Shown piece after piece: positions 27,452 to 41,162 of a DNA stretch of 64,000 nucleotides. The notes under the pieces are model-generated. The model was not told the origin of the DNA. It made no database searches and was given only the letters and a program-made list of their open reading frames with translations. Position 1 is the stretch's first letter, and each line of letters starts with the position of its first letter. The position numbers and the translations under genes are program-made. The stretch spans positions 17,109,781-17,173,780 of the forward strand of contig OZ037767.1 of assembly GCA_964035545.1 (NCBI GenBank), in the 5' to 3' direction. This stretch comes from Bugula neritina (lineage: Eukaryota; Animalia; Bryozoa).

Positions 27452-28989
27452 CTCTAACAGCAAAGTACCTCTGAAACAAAATGAAATAATTTTCGTCAAA
27501 AAGAAGCTGCTACATGTACCTCTGTCTACATGTAAGACTGGTTTTAGTATTAAACTTATTAAGCATAAAATAGTAACTTAGAACTCATTATAATGTAAAC
27601 TTAAGATGAACACATATAAAAGTGCTTTTATCAAACATTTGAAATCCAGCTTTCGGGTTACTACACATAAGTTATATAAGTGCTAATATCAAAATACGTG
27701 TAGAAGTAAAAATAATAGTGACATGAAGATAGTTTGTTATATTTCAAATAGTTTTAAACCAGAAAACTAACTTAAAATGCCTGGAAAAAGTGTTGATGAT
27801 TTTGATTTGAAATAAATTTGCTGAACTTGCAATAAATGGTTGAATAATGAGAGACAAGACACAATACCTAAACTCAATCAATAAATAGCGTAATTATAGC
27901 AATTATAATGCTAATAATTGCAGATAATGGCATTTGCTTACATTAGTTCAATCTCTTATCATGACATTCATAGTGATCCTTGTCATTATGAAAGCAATAC
28001 AAAACCAAAGAAGGAAAAAAAATCCCATTTAGCTAGAACTCTAATGATGCATTTACTGTGTATTATTGTCCCGAATAAACATTACAATAACCACAAGGGT
28101 AAATTATTTATATTAAATATAAAACTATAAAAACTATCTTAATGTGGTGATTGATATTGATAAAATAGCAATACTAAACAGCCTTCCATCAGGTAGTAAA
28201 TTATGTGGTTAACAATTCAGCAGACTGCTGAGTTGCATTAAAGCAATTAGTGGGTTATTGCAAATCTATATTTTACAAATCATTTAACTTAGTTTAAAAC
28301 TTATTTCTACTCAACAGCAGCTAAACCTAAAAAAAATAAAATATTAATATATAATTAAAAATAGCAATGCAGCAATGTGTACTTGGCAAATGAAATTAAA
28401 TTGTGAATTACTATTCTGATGCTTATTATCTAGGACACCTTAGTAAACTAACATAAAGATCACCACCAAGTGGGCAACTGAGATACTGATGGCAAAATCC
28501 ACTCCCTTCCTTGACTGATTTAGGCTTGTTAGTTTAAGTTGGTAGTATTGCTATTCAAATTATAAGTCTAACCAGTATCACTATCAACCTAAACTTCAAC
28601 TAACAAAATAAAATTATAACATTTCCATTCATTTTAAATTTAATATACAATTGTTTATTATTATTATATCACAAAATTAAATTCATTTCATAATTATAAC
28701 ATTGATAATCAATATATGTACAGTGTACTCAAAGTCAATAGACTGAATAGTTAATAATCAATACTAAATACCCAATGGTGACTCCAATAAATTAAAATAC
28801 TATAGAACTATTTAGTTTAATGAGCGCACACTCTTTCCAATAACTACAGTCTATTACTATTAGTATAAAATAAAGATTATCATCATCGAGTAAAAGTATA
28901 ACTAAGACTTAACTATAACTATAAGTATTAGTATAAGTTAAGCCATACACTAGCCTTGAGTTACTTATTAATAACCCCCATAGCTCATT

Positions 28990-30076
<1,087 letters not shown>

Positions 30077-31985
30077 CCCTACTTATAGCTATAGTAATAC
30101 TAATACTCTAATAGTAATACTACTACTAATAGTATAAATACATTACATTCACTATTACTATTAGTATTAGTATTACTATGAGTATGAGTATTAGTACAAC
30201 TATAACTATAAGATTAATCATCAAGTATAAGTATAACTCTAAGTGCATAAGAATAACTATACGTTTAAGTCTAACTATAACTATAAGTATAAGTATTAGA
30301 TTTAATATAACTATAAATATAAATATAACATTACCCGTATAACTATAAGACTAAGTTAATATTAATACTATTATATATTAATATACTATTAGTATTAATA
30401 TTAATATAATAATAATATCAATATGTTATTGTTAATATTATATTTATTATACTTGAACAGTTGAAGTCAAGAGTTTGAACAAAATAAAAGTTTTAGTAGC
30501 AATACTATTATTATAACTTCTACTCCAAGTCTAAAACTAGAACTAAAAGTAGAGCCTAAATCAAAATAAAATACTCCAATTGTAGTAATTTAGGCCTACC
30601 ACAGAAATGAAATAAATAAAATAATCATAATGATATAAACAATATTATTTCATTTTCGGGCAATTATTAATGAAGAATCGCTAGAAGCAGTACAAAGTTG
30701 GGGCTCATTGAGTGCAGTGTTTGTATAGACTATAGAGTATGGTATTGTTGCTCCGAACTCCACGCTTGATACCTCGAAACCACTGCTTTCAACAACCACT
30801 AACTTTGTGCTGCTTCAAGCAATTTTGTTACTAGTGATTGCGGAAATCGACAACTAGCGCTTCTTAGCAGCAAATGAAAAGAGTTTGTAGGCGTCTAGTG
30901 CACTACTCACAGCCTCATTAAGTATTTCTACGACACTAACGCTATTTGCTCGAGTCTAATATATTCAAATAATGAAAAATATGAGCTCTATTTTCAAATA
31001 CCCCACGCCAAATGGTTACATACTTTGGAGATACTCGTCAGTAAACTGACTAGTCATTACTTTCAGCATTTTCAAAGAAATTTAGATAGATCAACATATC
31101 TTATTTTACAATGGAACTACAAAATAACAATGCTAATTTTATGATTACATTTGAACCATATTTATTTTTAAGTTTTTATTTGCCAAATAATAACCTCAAG
31201 TCTATTAAAAATAAAGCATGCTCATACTCATAGTATAACTATAAGTATGACTATGAGTATCACTATCAGTCATAGTCATAGTAACTGTAACTGTAAGTCA
31301 TACTGATATTCAGTGATACCCATAGTGATAGTCATACTGATACTCATACTCACAGTGATAGTGAATCACTGAAACTGAACAGTGAATGACTGAATGTAAT
31401 ACTTATACTGATAGTGATAGTGCCAGTGGTAGTGTAACCCTAATTGTACTGCTAGTTATACTTATAATTAATAAATTATTATTATTTAAATATTTTATTA
31501 TAATTAAATTATTAATAAATTATATTGATTTGCTTTTAGAACCCGGCAGTTTAATTTATTTTTAATCATAATTAAATTTAATATTTGACCTGTTGATACC
31601 CGTCTGTCTGTCGATGTTATCTCCACAATGAACCTCCCTATAGCAGAGGGAAAGAGGGGTTTGTCACATATAGAAAATAAGTTGTCAGTACAGGTACTTG
31701 GGCAGTAGTCCAAACAATGTTAACATTCTTGTGCAGATTAACTTAACAGGCTAACTCAAACTGGCTAACTAACTTGTTAATTCAATAATTGACAAAATGA
31801 CATCAGTTTCAGAAGAATAAATAACAAAATTAAATAATTATCAAAAATTTAGCTAAATTTAGACTAAATAACTGGTTGAACTTCGCAAATATTTGTAAAT
31901 TTACTTTATTTTTATTTTTGGTTTTCAGTTGCGGAAGTTACATTCTCAAGTTCAACCCAGTCCCAGGATCAAAAGATTTTTGAAA

Positions 31986-34900
31986 ATGGATAAAATATTT
32001 TGTGGGCTAATGGAGGCGGACAATCTCAATGCTGAACACAAACTGAAAGTGATACACATGTTGAAACATAGTGGCACTCTACCACATGATAGCAGTGAAG
32101 TAAAGCGAGTGCTTACTGCATCTCTTTCATACTGGTTGCATAGCAAAACTTCAACTGAAAATGTAGAACTCTCATCTGTTGTATTTAAAGCATGGGCTTG
32201 CAAACGAGTCGTGTTGCTAATTGAGGTTGTCACAGAAGAACTGACTAAGATCTCCAATGCTTCCATCTTTCCACTTTCAGTGACGCAATTTAGCAATCTC
32301 TTAAAATTTGTGTTACACTCCCTAGACATTCAAGAAGTCCGCACAGACGCCGTGGAAACTGATTTGCCTGTAAAATCTGTGCAACAGACTGTATCACTGA
32401 TTGCTCTAGTTTCAAATACAGTTCTACCATTGGTGATGTCTTATTGTCAGGAGTTGTCTGATCTCGCCAATTTGTCGATCACTCTTTTGGAAAACTCTGT
32501 TTTACTGCAACAAGGCGGTGCTGCATTAGCTTGCAGTCTAGTGGAACGACTGAGTGTATTAAGGCCAACAGTAGGGGGCGATCCTAAACACTTCATACAA
32601 AACTCTCTTACAGTTAGTAGACTTGTGAAGGTTCTTTGGTCGAAATCCTCAACACCCAAACAACTCATCTTGCAGTCACTTCAAACCCTGTTTCGTATTG
32701 TCGCGACCAATGAGAATGCTGAAAACGTCTCTGTCTCTCTCAGCACTATATTACAGTTGGTGCCAGAGGTTTGTGTGAGCTTATATACTAGTGTGCATAT
32801 TATTATACTCGTTGCTGTTGACTCAGTCCGATTTGATTTCCACTCTTTGTAGTCTATGATTGATGATGTGTGTAAGAATCTACTCAGCGACACTAGTGTC
32901 AAGGATAATCAGATCACCAATGCCTTGCGTCACATGATCACATGGTTACAGTGGCCTAAACACGTCAACCTTCACCTCTGGATAATCAGGCTATGTTTGT
33001 CAGTTATCTTCTCTTTGTTCTCCTGGAATTTTATGTTTATATGTATGTTTGGTAGCGCATGGAATGAACTCATGTTCGGTGCTTCCTTTACTGTAGCGGT
33101 CTCGCAGAAACTGGCCGACTCATCATCCTGTTTGAGATAACCAATGAGATGGCGGCCACTGTTGCTCAGAAACTCTGGTACAGAAACATTCAGTCAACTG
33201 TGTTACAAGTCCTCATCACTCTGCTGCTGTTCAACCAGAGCTGCCCGGTGGCTTTCCACGGCATCATTCCTATTCTAGTAAGAATGTTTCTGTTGGTACA
33301 TGCTTCATAGAACCAGATGTTCTACATCCACTGGGTTCTTTAACTGGTGTTCACGAGGTTTGGACCTTCAGCTGATCTTCTTAATTGCAGGTAAAGGCAT
33401 TCGATGAGGTGGAGGAAGTGGATATAAAGGAGGAGTTGTCTAGGCTGGTGCAGACACTGATATACATGCACCCCGGTTACCCTGAGCTCTACCACCCCCT
33501 GTCTACACTCCTGGCTGACTATGATGTGCTCTCTGAAACATGTATGCAGGAGATGGTCAAGAAGTACTCCGTCTCTGTGTATAACAGTAAGTATTCTATA
33601 TATAATAGTAAGTATTCTATATATAACAGTAAGTATTCTGTATATAATAGTAAGTATTCTATATATAATAGTAAGTATTCTATATATAGTAGTAAGTATT
33701 CTATATATAATAGTAAGTATTCTATATATAACAGTAAGTATTCTATATATAATAGTAAGTATTCTATATATAATAGTAAGTATTCTATATATAATAGTAA
33801 GTATTCTATATATAGTAGTAAGTATTCTATATATAATAGTAGGTATTCTATATATAATAGTAAGTATTCTATATATAATAGTAAGTATTCTATATATAAT
33901 AGTAAGTATTCTATATATAACAGTAAGTATTCTATATATAATAGTAAGTATTCTATATATAATAGTAAGTATTCTATATATAATAGTAAGTATACTATAT
34001 ATTATAGTAAGTTTTCTATATATAACAGTAAGTATTCTATATATAATAGTAAGTATTCTATATATAATAGTAAGTATTCTATATATAATAGTAAGTATTC
34101 TATATATAACAGTAAGTATTCTATATATAACAGTAAGTTTTCTATATATAACAGTAAGTATTCTATATATAATAGTAAGTATTCTATATGTAACAGTAAG
34201 TATTCTATATATAATAGTAAGTATTCTATATATAATAGTAAGTATTCTATATATAACAGTAAGTATTCTATATATAATAGTAAGTATTCTATATATAATA
34301 GTAAGTATTCTATATATAATAGTAAGTATTCTATATATAGTAGTAAGTATTCTATATATAATAGTAAGTATTCTATATATAATAGTAAGTATTCTATATA
34401 TAATAGTAAGTATTCTATATATAGTAGTAAGTATTCTATATATAATAGTAAGTATTCTATATATAATAGTAAGTATTCTATATATAATAGTAAGTATTCT
34501 ATATGTAACAGTAAGTATTCTATATATAATAGTAAGTATTCTATATATAATAGTAAGTATTCTATATGTAACAGTAAGTATTCTATATATAATAGTAAGT
34601 ATTCTATATATAATAGTAAGTATTCTATATATAATAGTAAGTATTCTATATATAATAGTAAGTATTCTATATATAATAGTAAGTATTCTATATATAGTAG
34701 TAAGTATTCTATATATAATAGTAAGTATTCTATATATAATAGTAAGTATTCTATATATAACAGTAAGTATTCTATATATAACAGTAAATATTCTATATAT
34801 AATAGTAAGTATTATATATATAATAGTAAATATTCTGTATATAACAGTAAGTATTCTATATATAATAGTAAGTATTCTATATATAATAGTAAGTATTCTA

Positions 34901-36739
34901 TATATAGGTGTAAGAATAAGTGTATTTAGAGTAAGTACTCTGTATATATGAGTGAGTATAATTAGAGTAAGTACAGTCAAAGTAAGTACCAGAATAAACA
35001 TTAATTGCTATTTTCATAGGATCAAAGAAATTTGCTGCGTTTGCCTCTCAAAGCAAAGTTGAAAAAAGGGTGGATAAAGTAGGACTGGAGAACCTGGGGA
35101 ACACGTGTTTTCTCAATTCAGTGGTGCAAGCTCTCTACAACATAGACAGTTTCCAGACGGCCATCTTGTCTTCCGAGATGAGTTCTACTCCGCTCCTGCG
35201 AGGGTTGCAGACGGTGTTTGCATTTCTGCAGCTCACTCAAAGGTATATTACCTCTTTAGTCACAGTAACAGCCGTAGATCTTCTCTATAGTCACAGTAAC
35301 AGCTGCAGATATTCTCTTTCGTCCAGTAACAGCTGTAAATTTCCTATTTAGACACAGTAGCTGCTGTAGATATTCTCTTTAGACACAGTAACAGCTGTAG
35401 AAGCTACATTCAAAGTTGTCTTCTCACTCTTGTAGAGCCTCCCTCAGTCCCCATAGCTTTGTGAAGGCCAGTTTGCCGAGCTGGTTTGTGGAGGGGGAGC
35501 AGCAGGACAGCAGTGAATATATGAGATTCCTATTGGACAGCATCCACGAGGAGACGGAGAAGGTGAACAGACAACTCCCAACTCAGTCTGAACAGACACT
35601 ACTAGGTGAGAGTAACTTACACAGTTGGTAATCAGTTTCCTTCCTCTTGACACCAGAGAGCTGTCCGAATTGGCTTTCTTACTTTGTCAGCATTTCTCTT
35701 GTAAAATTTAGTTTCTGCAGTTTACACTTTATGCTAGCACATGCACTTATATTATCTTTAGAATACACTTGCTGAATATTTAGTATAGCATCTCTATCAA
35801 GTATTTGCCTCTTGGATTTTTGTAGTCTTATAGAATAAACCTATCTTTGTGTTAAGAAGATTCAACTCTAGTTTGTGTTGAGAGGATGAAGTAAACCTCA
35901 AACTCTCTATTTATGTGGCCTCAGGTTCTTTGATTTACCTGCAGATTACACTCTGAGTTTCACGGGGAGTGACACGGTCACTACGAGGTGTGAGAAGTGT
36001 TCCGCTACAAGCTCATCTCACCAGAAGTTCTATGACATCTCTCTGCACTTTGACGAGGAAAGCAGCAACACAGACGCCCTTGACCTCACTGACATGCTCT
36101 GCAAGGCTTTCAAGGACGAGAACCTGGTGGGAGACAACCAGTTCTACTGTAACTCTTGCGGTGAGATAAGCTGCACATATCACCTCTCTCTCTCTCTCTC
36201 TCTCTCTCTTGTAGCTACAGATATCACCTCTCTCTTGTATCTGCAGATATCACCTCTCTTTTGTAGCTGCAGATATCACCTCTCTCTCTTGTATCTGCAG
36301 ATATCACCTCTCTCTTGTATCTGCAGATATCACCTCTCTCTTGTATCTGCAGATATCACCTCTCTCTTGTATCTGTATATATCACCTCTCTCTCGTAGCT
36401 GCAGATATCACCTCTCTCTCTCTTGTATCTGCAGATATCACCTCTCTCTTGTAGCCGGGTTACAAGATGCCACCAGGAGTCTGTCTGGCTTCTCTCTGCC
36501 GTCCTGTCTGGTGCTGACTCTGTGTAGATTCTCATACAACGTCAAACTCAACAAACACATAAAGATACGGGCACCCGTGCAGTACCCCTCTAACCTGGAA
36601 ATACTCAACAAGAAATACATGCTAAACGCAGTCATCGTACACTCCGGGACCTCCCTGAACGGCGGCCATTACTATACGTATGCTCGTAGCTTGTCTTCAT
36701 CATCCGGCCAGTGGTAAGTCTTCTTATATAAATATATTA

Positions 36740-36783
<44 letters not shown>

Positions 36784-36788
36784 TATAT

Positions 36789-36883
<95 letters not shown>

Positions 36884-36909
36884 TATTATATATATATATA
36901 TATATATAA

Positions 36910-36973
<64 letters not shown>

Positions 36974-36975
36974 TA

Positions 36976-37006
<31 letters not shown>

Positions 37007-37741
37007 AATATATTATATATATATATATATATATAATATTTATATATATAATATAGTATAGTATTTGCTATTTCTTATTATTTAAATCAGCTGTTGGTAA
37101 TCATGGAATAACATTTTGCAGGTACTTGTTTAATGACAGCAGAGTGACGCCGTGTGCATCACCCGCTGAACTGTCTAGTAAGACTTTTAAGAACAGCAGG
37201 CTAAGCTCAGATACTCCGTACCTTCTGTTCTACACAGACATAAACTCAGTTCCCAGCACCCCTTTGGTGAGTTGAAGGCTAGGCTAATGTAATAGCAAGT
37301 AATCTAATAACAGGTAATCTAGTAGCAGGTAATATCTAGTAGCAGGTAAACTAGTAGCAGGTAAACTGATGAATTTTGGTTCACTAAAGTGATTGCATTT
37401 AATTTCTGGTTAAAGTTTGAAACTGAACTGTCACTGAGTGTTCAACGTGACTCAGTAAGACATCCTGTTGTCGTATCCTTACATGATAGCCTGCTGGTTA
37501 CACCAACCACTCTATACTGCAGGTAGGGGCGATGGTGAACCCCACCCTTAGACAGCTGGTAGTCCGAGATGACTTGTCTCTCCTCAGAGAAGTGCAAGCT
37601 GCTGCCGAGCGAAAGTCAGCAGAGAAAAAGGCCTGCCAAGGCAACGTTCTCTCCTGGTACAGCTATACAGATGATGATGATAATGTCCCGCCAGGGGCTG
37701 ACAACTCCATTGACCTCTCCGGCTCCAGATTTATATTCTAA
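31986..37741 (+). CDS. USP38: Ubiquitin carboxyl-terminal hydrolase USP38/USP35 family, ~845 aa
   Basis: Exons 31986-32768, 32853-32998, 33097-33277, 33391-33586, 35020-35242, 35436-35605, 35945-36160, 36455-36713, 37122-37266, 37523-37741 (2538 nt, phases compatible). N-terminus MDKIFCGL; MITWLQWP; HPGYPELY; Cys box GLENLGNTCFLNSVVQAL; QQDSSEYMRFLLD; His box VIVHSGTSLNGGHYYTYAR; WYLFNDSRV; TPYLLFY; C-terminus SRFIF; AATAAA at 37891. Confidence 0.92.
33580..34906 (+). repeat. 21-bp minisatellite (tataatagtaagtattctata) x63 starting at the USP38 exon-4 donor
   Basis: GT donors at 33587+21n up to 34889 with no net change of register; degenerate in-register copies at 34910, 34931, 34952. Confidence 0.97.
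36170..36454 (+). repeat. ~25-bp tandem repeat (ctgcagatatcacctctctcttgta) filling USP38 intron 7
   Basis: About 10 units, each with a pyrimidine tract and YAG; the last unit provides the real acceptor. Confidence 0.9.
36725..37055. repeat. Interrupted (TA)n microsatellite
   Basis: Direct reading, USP38 intron 8. Confidence 0.95.
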
Positions 37742-38194
37742 TGTCTATCTCACTGATGTCTAGTTAACTAAGTCAATCTCGCTTTACACAGACTCAGTGT
37801 TCAAATGTTATATTTTATTAGACGAGTGCAAGTATATTGTTATTAGTATTGTAAATGCTTCTGTAAGATTCTGTTGAACGAAGTTTCTTGAATAAAAGTT
37901 ATAATTTTCTAAGAGCTTTTTACCTCTTAGAGTTATCTACTCGTATATATGCTCTTTATTCTGTCATAATATAATATGTTATTAAATTATTTGCCTAGCT
38001 TTCATCGTATGCTGTATTTCTGTATAACTCTGCTAACTTCACCATGGTGCTTTCAAATACATGCTTCCAGCTCAAAGTGTCTGCTTCATAATTTATGTTG
38101 TTGGAGAAACACACACTGGGAACTCTATGCATGTGGCACCCTGTATGCTGTGTGTTGTAGACTTATAGCTATTTTATAAAAGAAGTGTCAGAGG

Positions 38195-40041
38195 TATTGT
38201 CAGTAAATACGTTATGCTATGCTATGCTATGCTATGCAGAAGCATTGACCAGTCCACAGTCAAGAGAATGGCTAACTGCAGCACAAGCTGAATACGACTT
38301 TTTGGTTGAGAACAATACATGGGAGCTTGTTCCTTTAGCCTAGGGCCACACGGTGCGTATTTTCACATGCGAAAATTGAAATCACAAGTAGCAAAGGTGT
38401 CCAAAGGTGTCCATTGACTGCAAATGGGTATTTAGATCTAAATACGACACAGACGGAAACATTGAGCTCTACAAAGGTCGACTAGTAGCTCGAGGGTGCA
38501 CACAACAAGCTGGTGTCCACTATGACAAAACGTAAGCGCCAGTAGTCAAGTATCCATTGTTAAAAGCCTTGCTAGCTTATGCTCTCTGCAACAACATATG
38601 TACATTCATCAAATGGATGTGATAACCGCTTTTTCAAAATGGACATCTAAGTGAAGAGATATATAGGCTATGCCACAACCAGAGGGTTTCGTGAAACAGG
38701 GAAAAGAGAAACTAGTGTGTAAACTCAATAAGTCAATCTATGGCCTCAAGCAATCACCCAGGTGTTGGAATGCTGTTCTAGATAATTTTCTGAAATCAGA
38801 AGATTTACTCAGTCATCTGCTGACCAGTGCTTATATGTAAAGTTCGTCAAAAATGTAAAAACCATTGTTGCTATTTATGTAGATGATCTTGTGATTATGT
38901 CCAACACTGAGTCGGCTCTGCTTCAGGTTAAACAAAGACTAGCCAATAGATTTGCAATGAAATACTTGGGTAAACTACACTTCCTTCTTGGTATGTCAAT
39001 AGAGCATGGAGGAAACTTTCTAAAGATAAGTCACCAGGCCTTCATCAAACAAATGCTCACAAAGTTTGAAATGGAAAACTGTAATTCAGTATCTTCACCT
39101 GCAGCTATGGATGTAAAGCTGGTCAAATCAGATGAAAGCAAACCAGTTGATCAAAAACTGTACCAGTCAATCGTAGGCAGTCTACTATACCTTGCAGTTG
39201 CAACCCGACCTGACATTGCCTATACAGTGGGAGTCCTCTTTAAGTTCAATTCCTGCCCCACTGTAACACACCTTACTGCAGCTAAACATGTTTTGCGATA
39301 TTTGAAAGGTTCTGGTGATGTTGGACTGAGTTACAGAAAACATAATGGAACACTAATTGGATATTCAGATGCTAGTTGGGCAGATAATAGTGATGATCGG
39401 TACTCAACAACTGGGGTAGTATTCTCGTATGCAGACAATCTTATCACATGGTTGCCCTCTCAACTGCTGAGTCAGAATACATCTCATTGTTTGAAGCTAC
39501 AAAAGAAGCGGTCTGGTTAAGACAACTCCTAACAGATTAATAGATAGTCCAATCTCGGACGCAACTGTTATTAATGTAAACAATCAATCTGCCGCAGCCA
39601 TTGCTAACAATAACAAAAGCACCAAGCGTATCAAGCACATGGACAATAAATACCACTATGTTAGGAAGGCTGTTGACTCAAAAACTGAAGCAACAAACTT
39701 TTGTCCAATTAAGTGAGATAATGCTGGCAGACCTGTTGACAAAGCCAATGCCTAAAACTAGATTTTTCCAACTCAGTAAACACTTTTATATAATTTAGAT
39801 TTGATGTGGACCAAGTGGGAGTGTTGTCCGTAAATATGTTTATAGCCACACATTGAATCAGTTGATGTTATTTCAATGTGCTTTTGTATCCTAGCTTGTG
39901 CCTATTGTACTTATCTGCTTATCTGTAATAGCAATCTTATAGCTATCCACTTATGTGTGCTACTTTATGTTTTTTGTTCTTCTTTTACTTGCTTGTAATA
40001 TTCAGTGCAATAAAGAGCTCTGTCAAATTATAACTCTAACA
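38195..40041 (+). mobile_element. Internally deleted Ty1/Copia LTR retrotransposon (RT-RNase H, PPT, 3' LTR)
   Basis: YAEAL..W..A...E..NNTWELVP, CKWVF, KGRLVARG, IHQMDV, KSIYGLKQSPRCWN, YVDDL, GYSDASWAD..STTG with frameshifts and stops; PPT aagtgggag then LTR TGTTG(39822)...TAACA(40041) containing AATAAA; 5' LTR stub tattgtcagtaaatacg at 38195; flanks agagg/agaga. Confidence 0.9.
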
Positions 40042-40976
40042 AGAGACAGTACCTGTTGATAGGGACAGTACCTGTTGATAGGGACAGCACCTGTTGAGAT
40101 ATCCCTACATTGAGGCATATTTTTAGCGACCGGTATTTTTTATAAAAATATCGACATGGTTGTAAATGTAATGTAATGAGTACTGTGAGGGTGTTGCTAA
40201 AACTTTTCCCTTTCCCAGTCTCAACACATGCCAGTCTTAGTGGCCCACGATTTCAGTGGCCATATGTCAGTCTTAATAGACTTGCAGTAGGCAAAGCATA
40301 TCCTTGTAGATACTTGATTCACAGATTATGATACTTGAAGACATCCTCTACTGAAGTTGCATAAACTAGCCTTTTCTATAATACTGCTAAACCTAAGCTT
40401 CTGGAGTAGCGTTTTTAAGTTTCTAAACACCAGTACCCTATGCACTTAGTTGAATATGGTGGATTTTTTCCAACAAGAAGAAACATAATGAAATGCCTTC
40501 TTACAACCAACACTACACGGCAGATGAAAACTATACGTAACATAATATCATTAATGAAATTTAAACTGCTGGACAACCATAAAGCTCATCCGGTTGTGAT
40601 ATGCAATTGGCAAATGTTGGAGTTGTTCTACCATTAGACTAACTAGCTTTATAATCTAACAAATTCTATTAGCAGGTAAGAAAGCTTCAAATACGTACAT
40701 AAGCAGTTGCCCTCTACAAGCAGTTGATGCCTGCTAACTGAATAACTGAGGCTATGAAATTCCACATCTATATGTTTGTGTAACTAAAATGTTATTAAGT
40801 AGATAACTCCATGCATGTTTCATATTCTGCTCTTCAAGTTGAAATAACACTGTGGAGTCACAAATATTTAAACGCATGTAGAATGCTAGTTTCCCTACAG
40901 AGTAAAATCTATACAAATATGCAGATTAAAAAAATGTAATATCTTCGTTTATCTGATATATATAGCACAAATTGTC

Positions 40977-41162
40977 GGTGTCCGGTAAAAGTGGCGCAGG
41001 TAATAATTGCACAAGTGGCAAAGTAGGTGAAAATGGCACATTTTCAATATTAGGGTTTGAGGGTTGGAGTTTGGGGTTTGGGAAAATTTAACATCAGTGT
41101 GCCAATTTTTCCTATACTTTTCTATTTGTGCCATTTTACCTGTGCCATGTTTGCCTAAAACC
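40977..41162. mobile_element. 186-bp MULE/Mutator-type MITE with a telomere-like core
   Basis: 9-bp TSD caaattgtc (40968-40976) / caaatcgtc (41163-41171); GG...CC termini; ~60-bp imperfect inverted arms; central ttagggtttgagggttggagtttggggtttggg. Confidence 0.75.

Noticed and set aside
31929-31985. N-terminal extension of USP38 from the ORF-track start at 31929
   Set aside because: That start is TTG; family similarity begins at ATG 31986 (MDKI).
33340-35001. 553-aa minus-strand ORF and 476-aa plus-strand ORF (33521-34951)
   Set aside because: Translations of the 21-bp minisatellite; only the USP38 frame connects to real exons.
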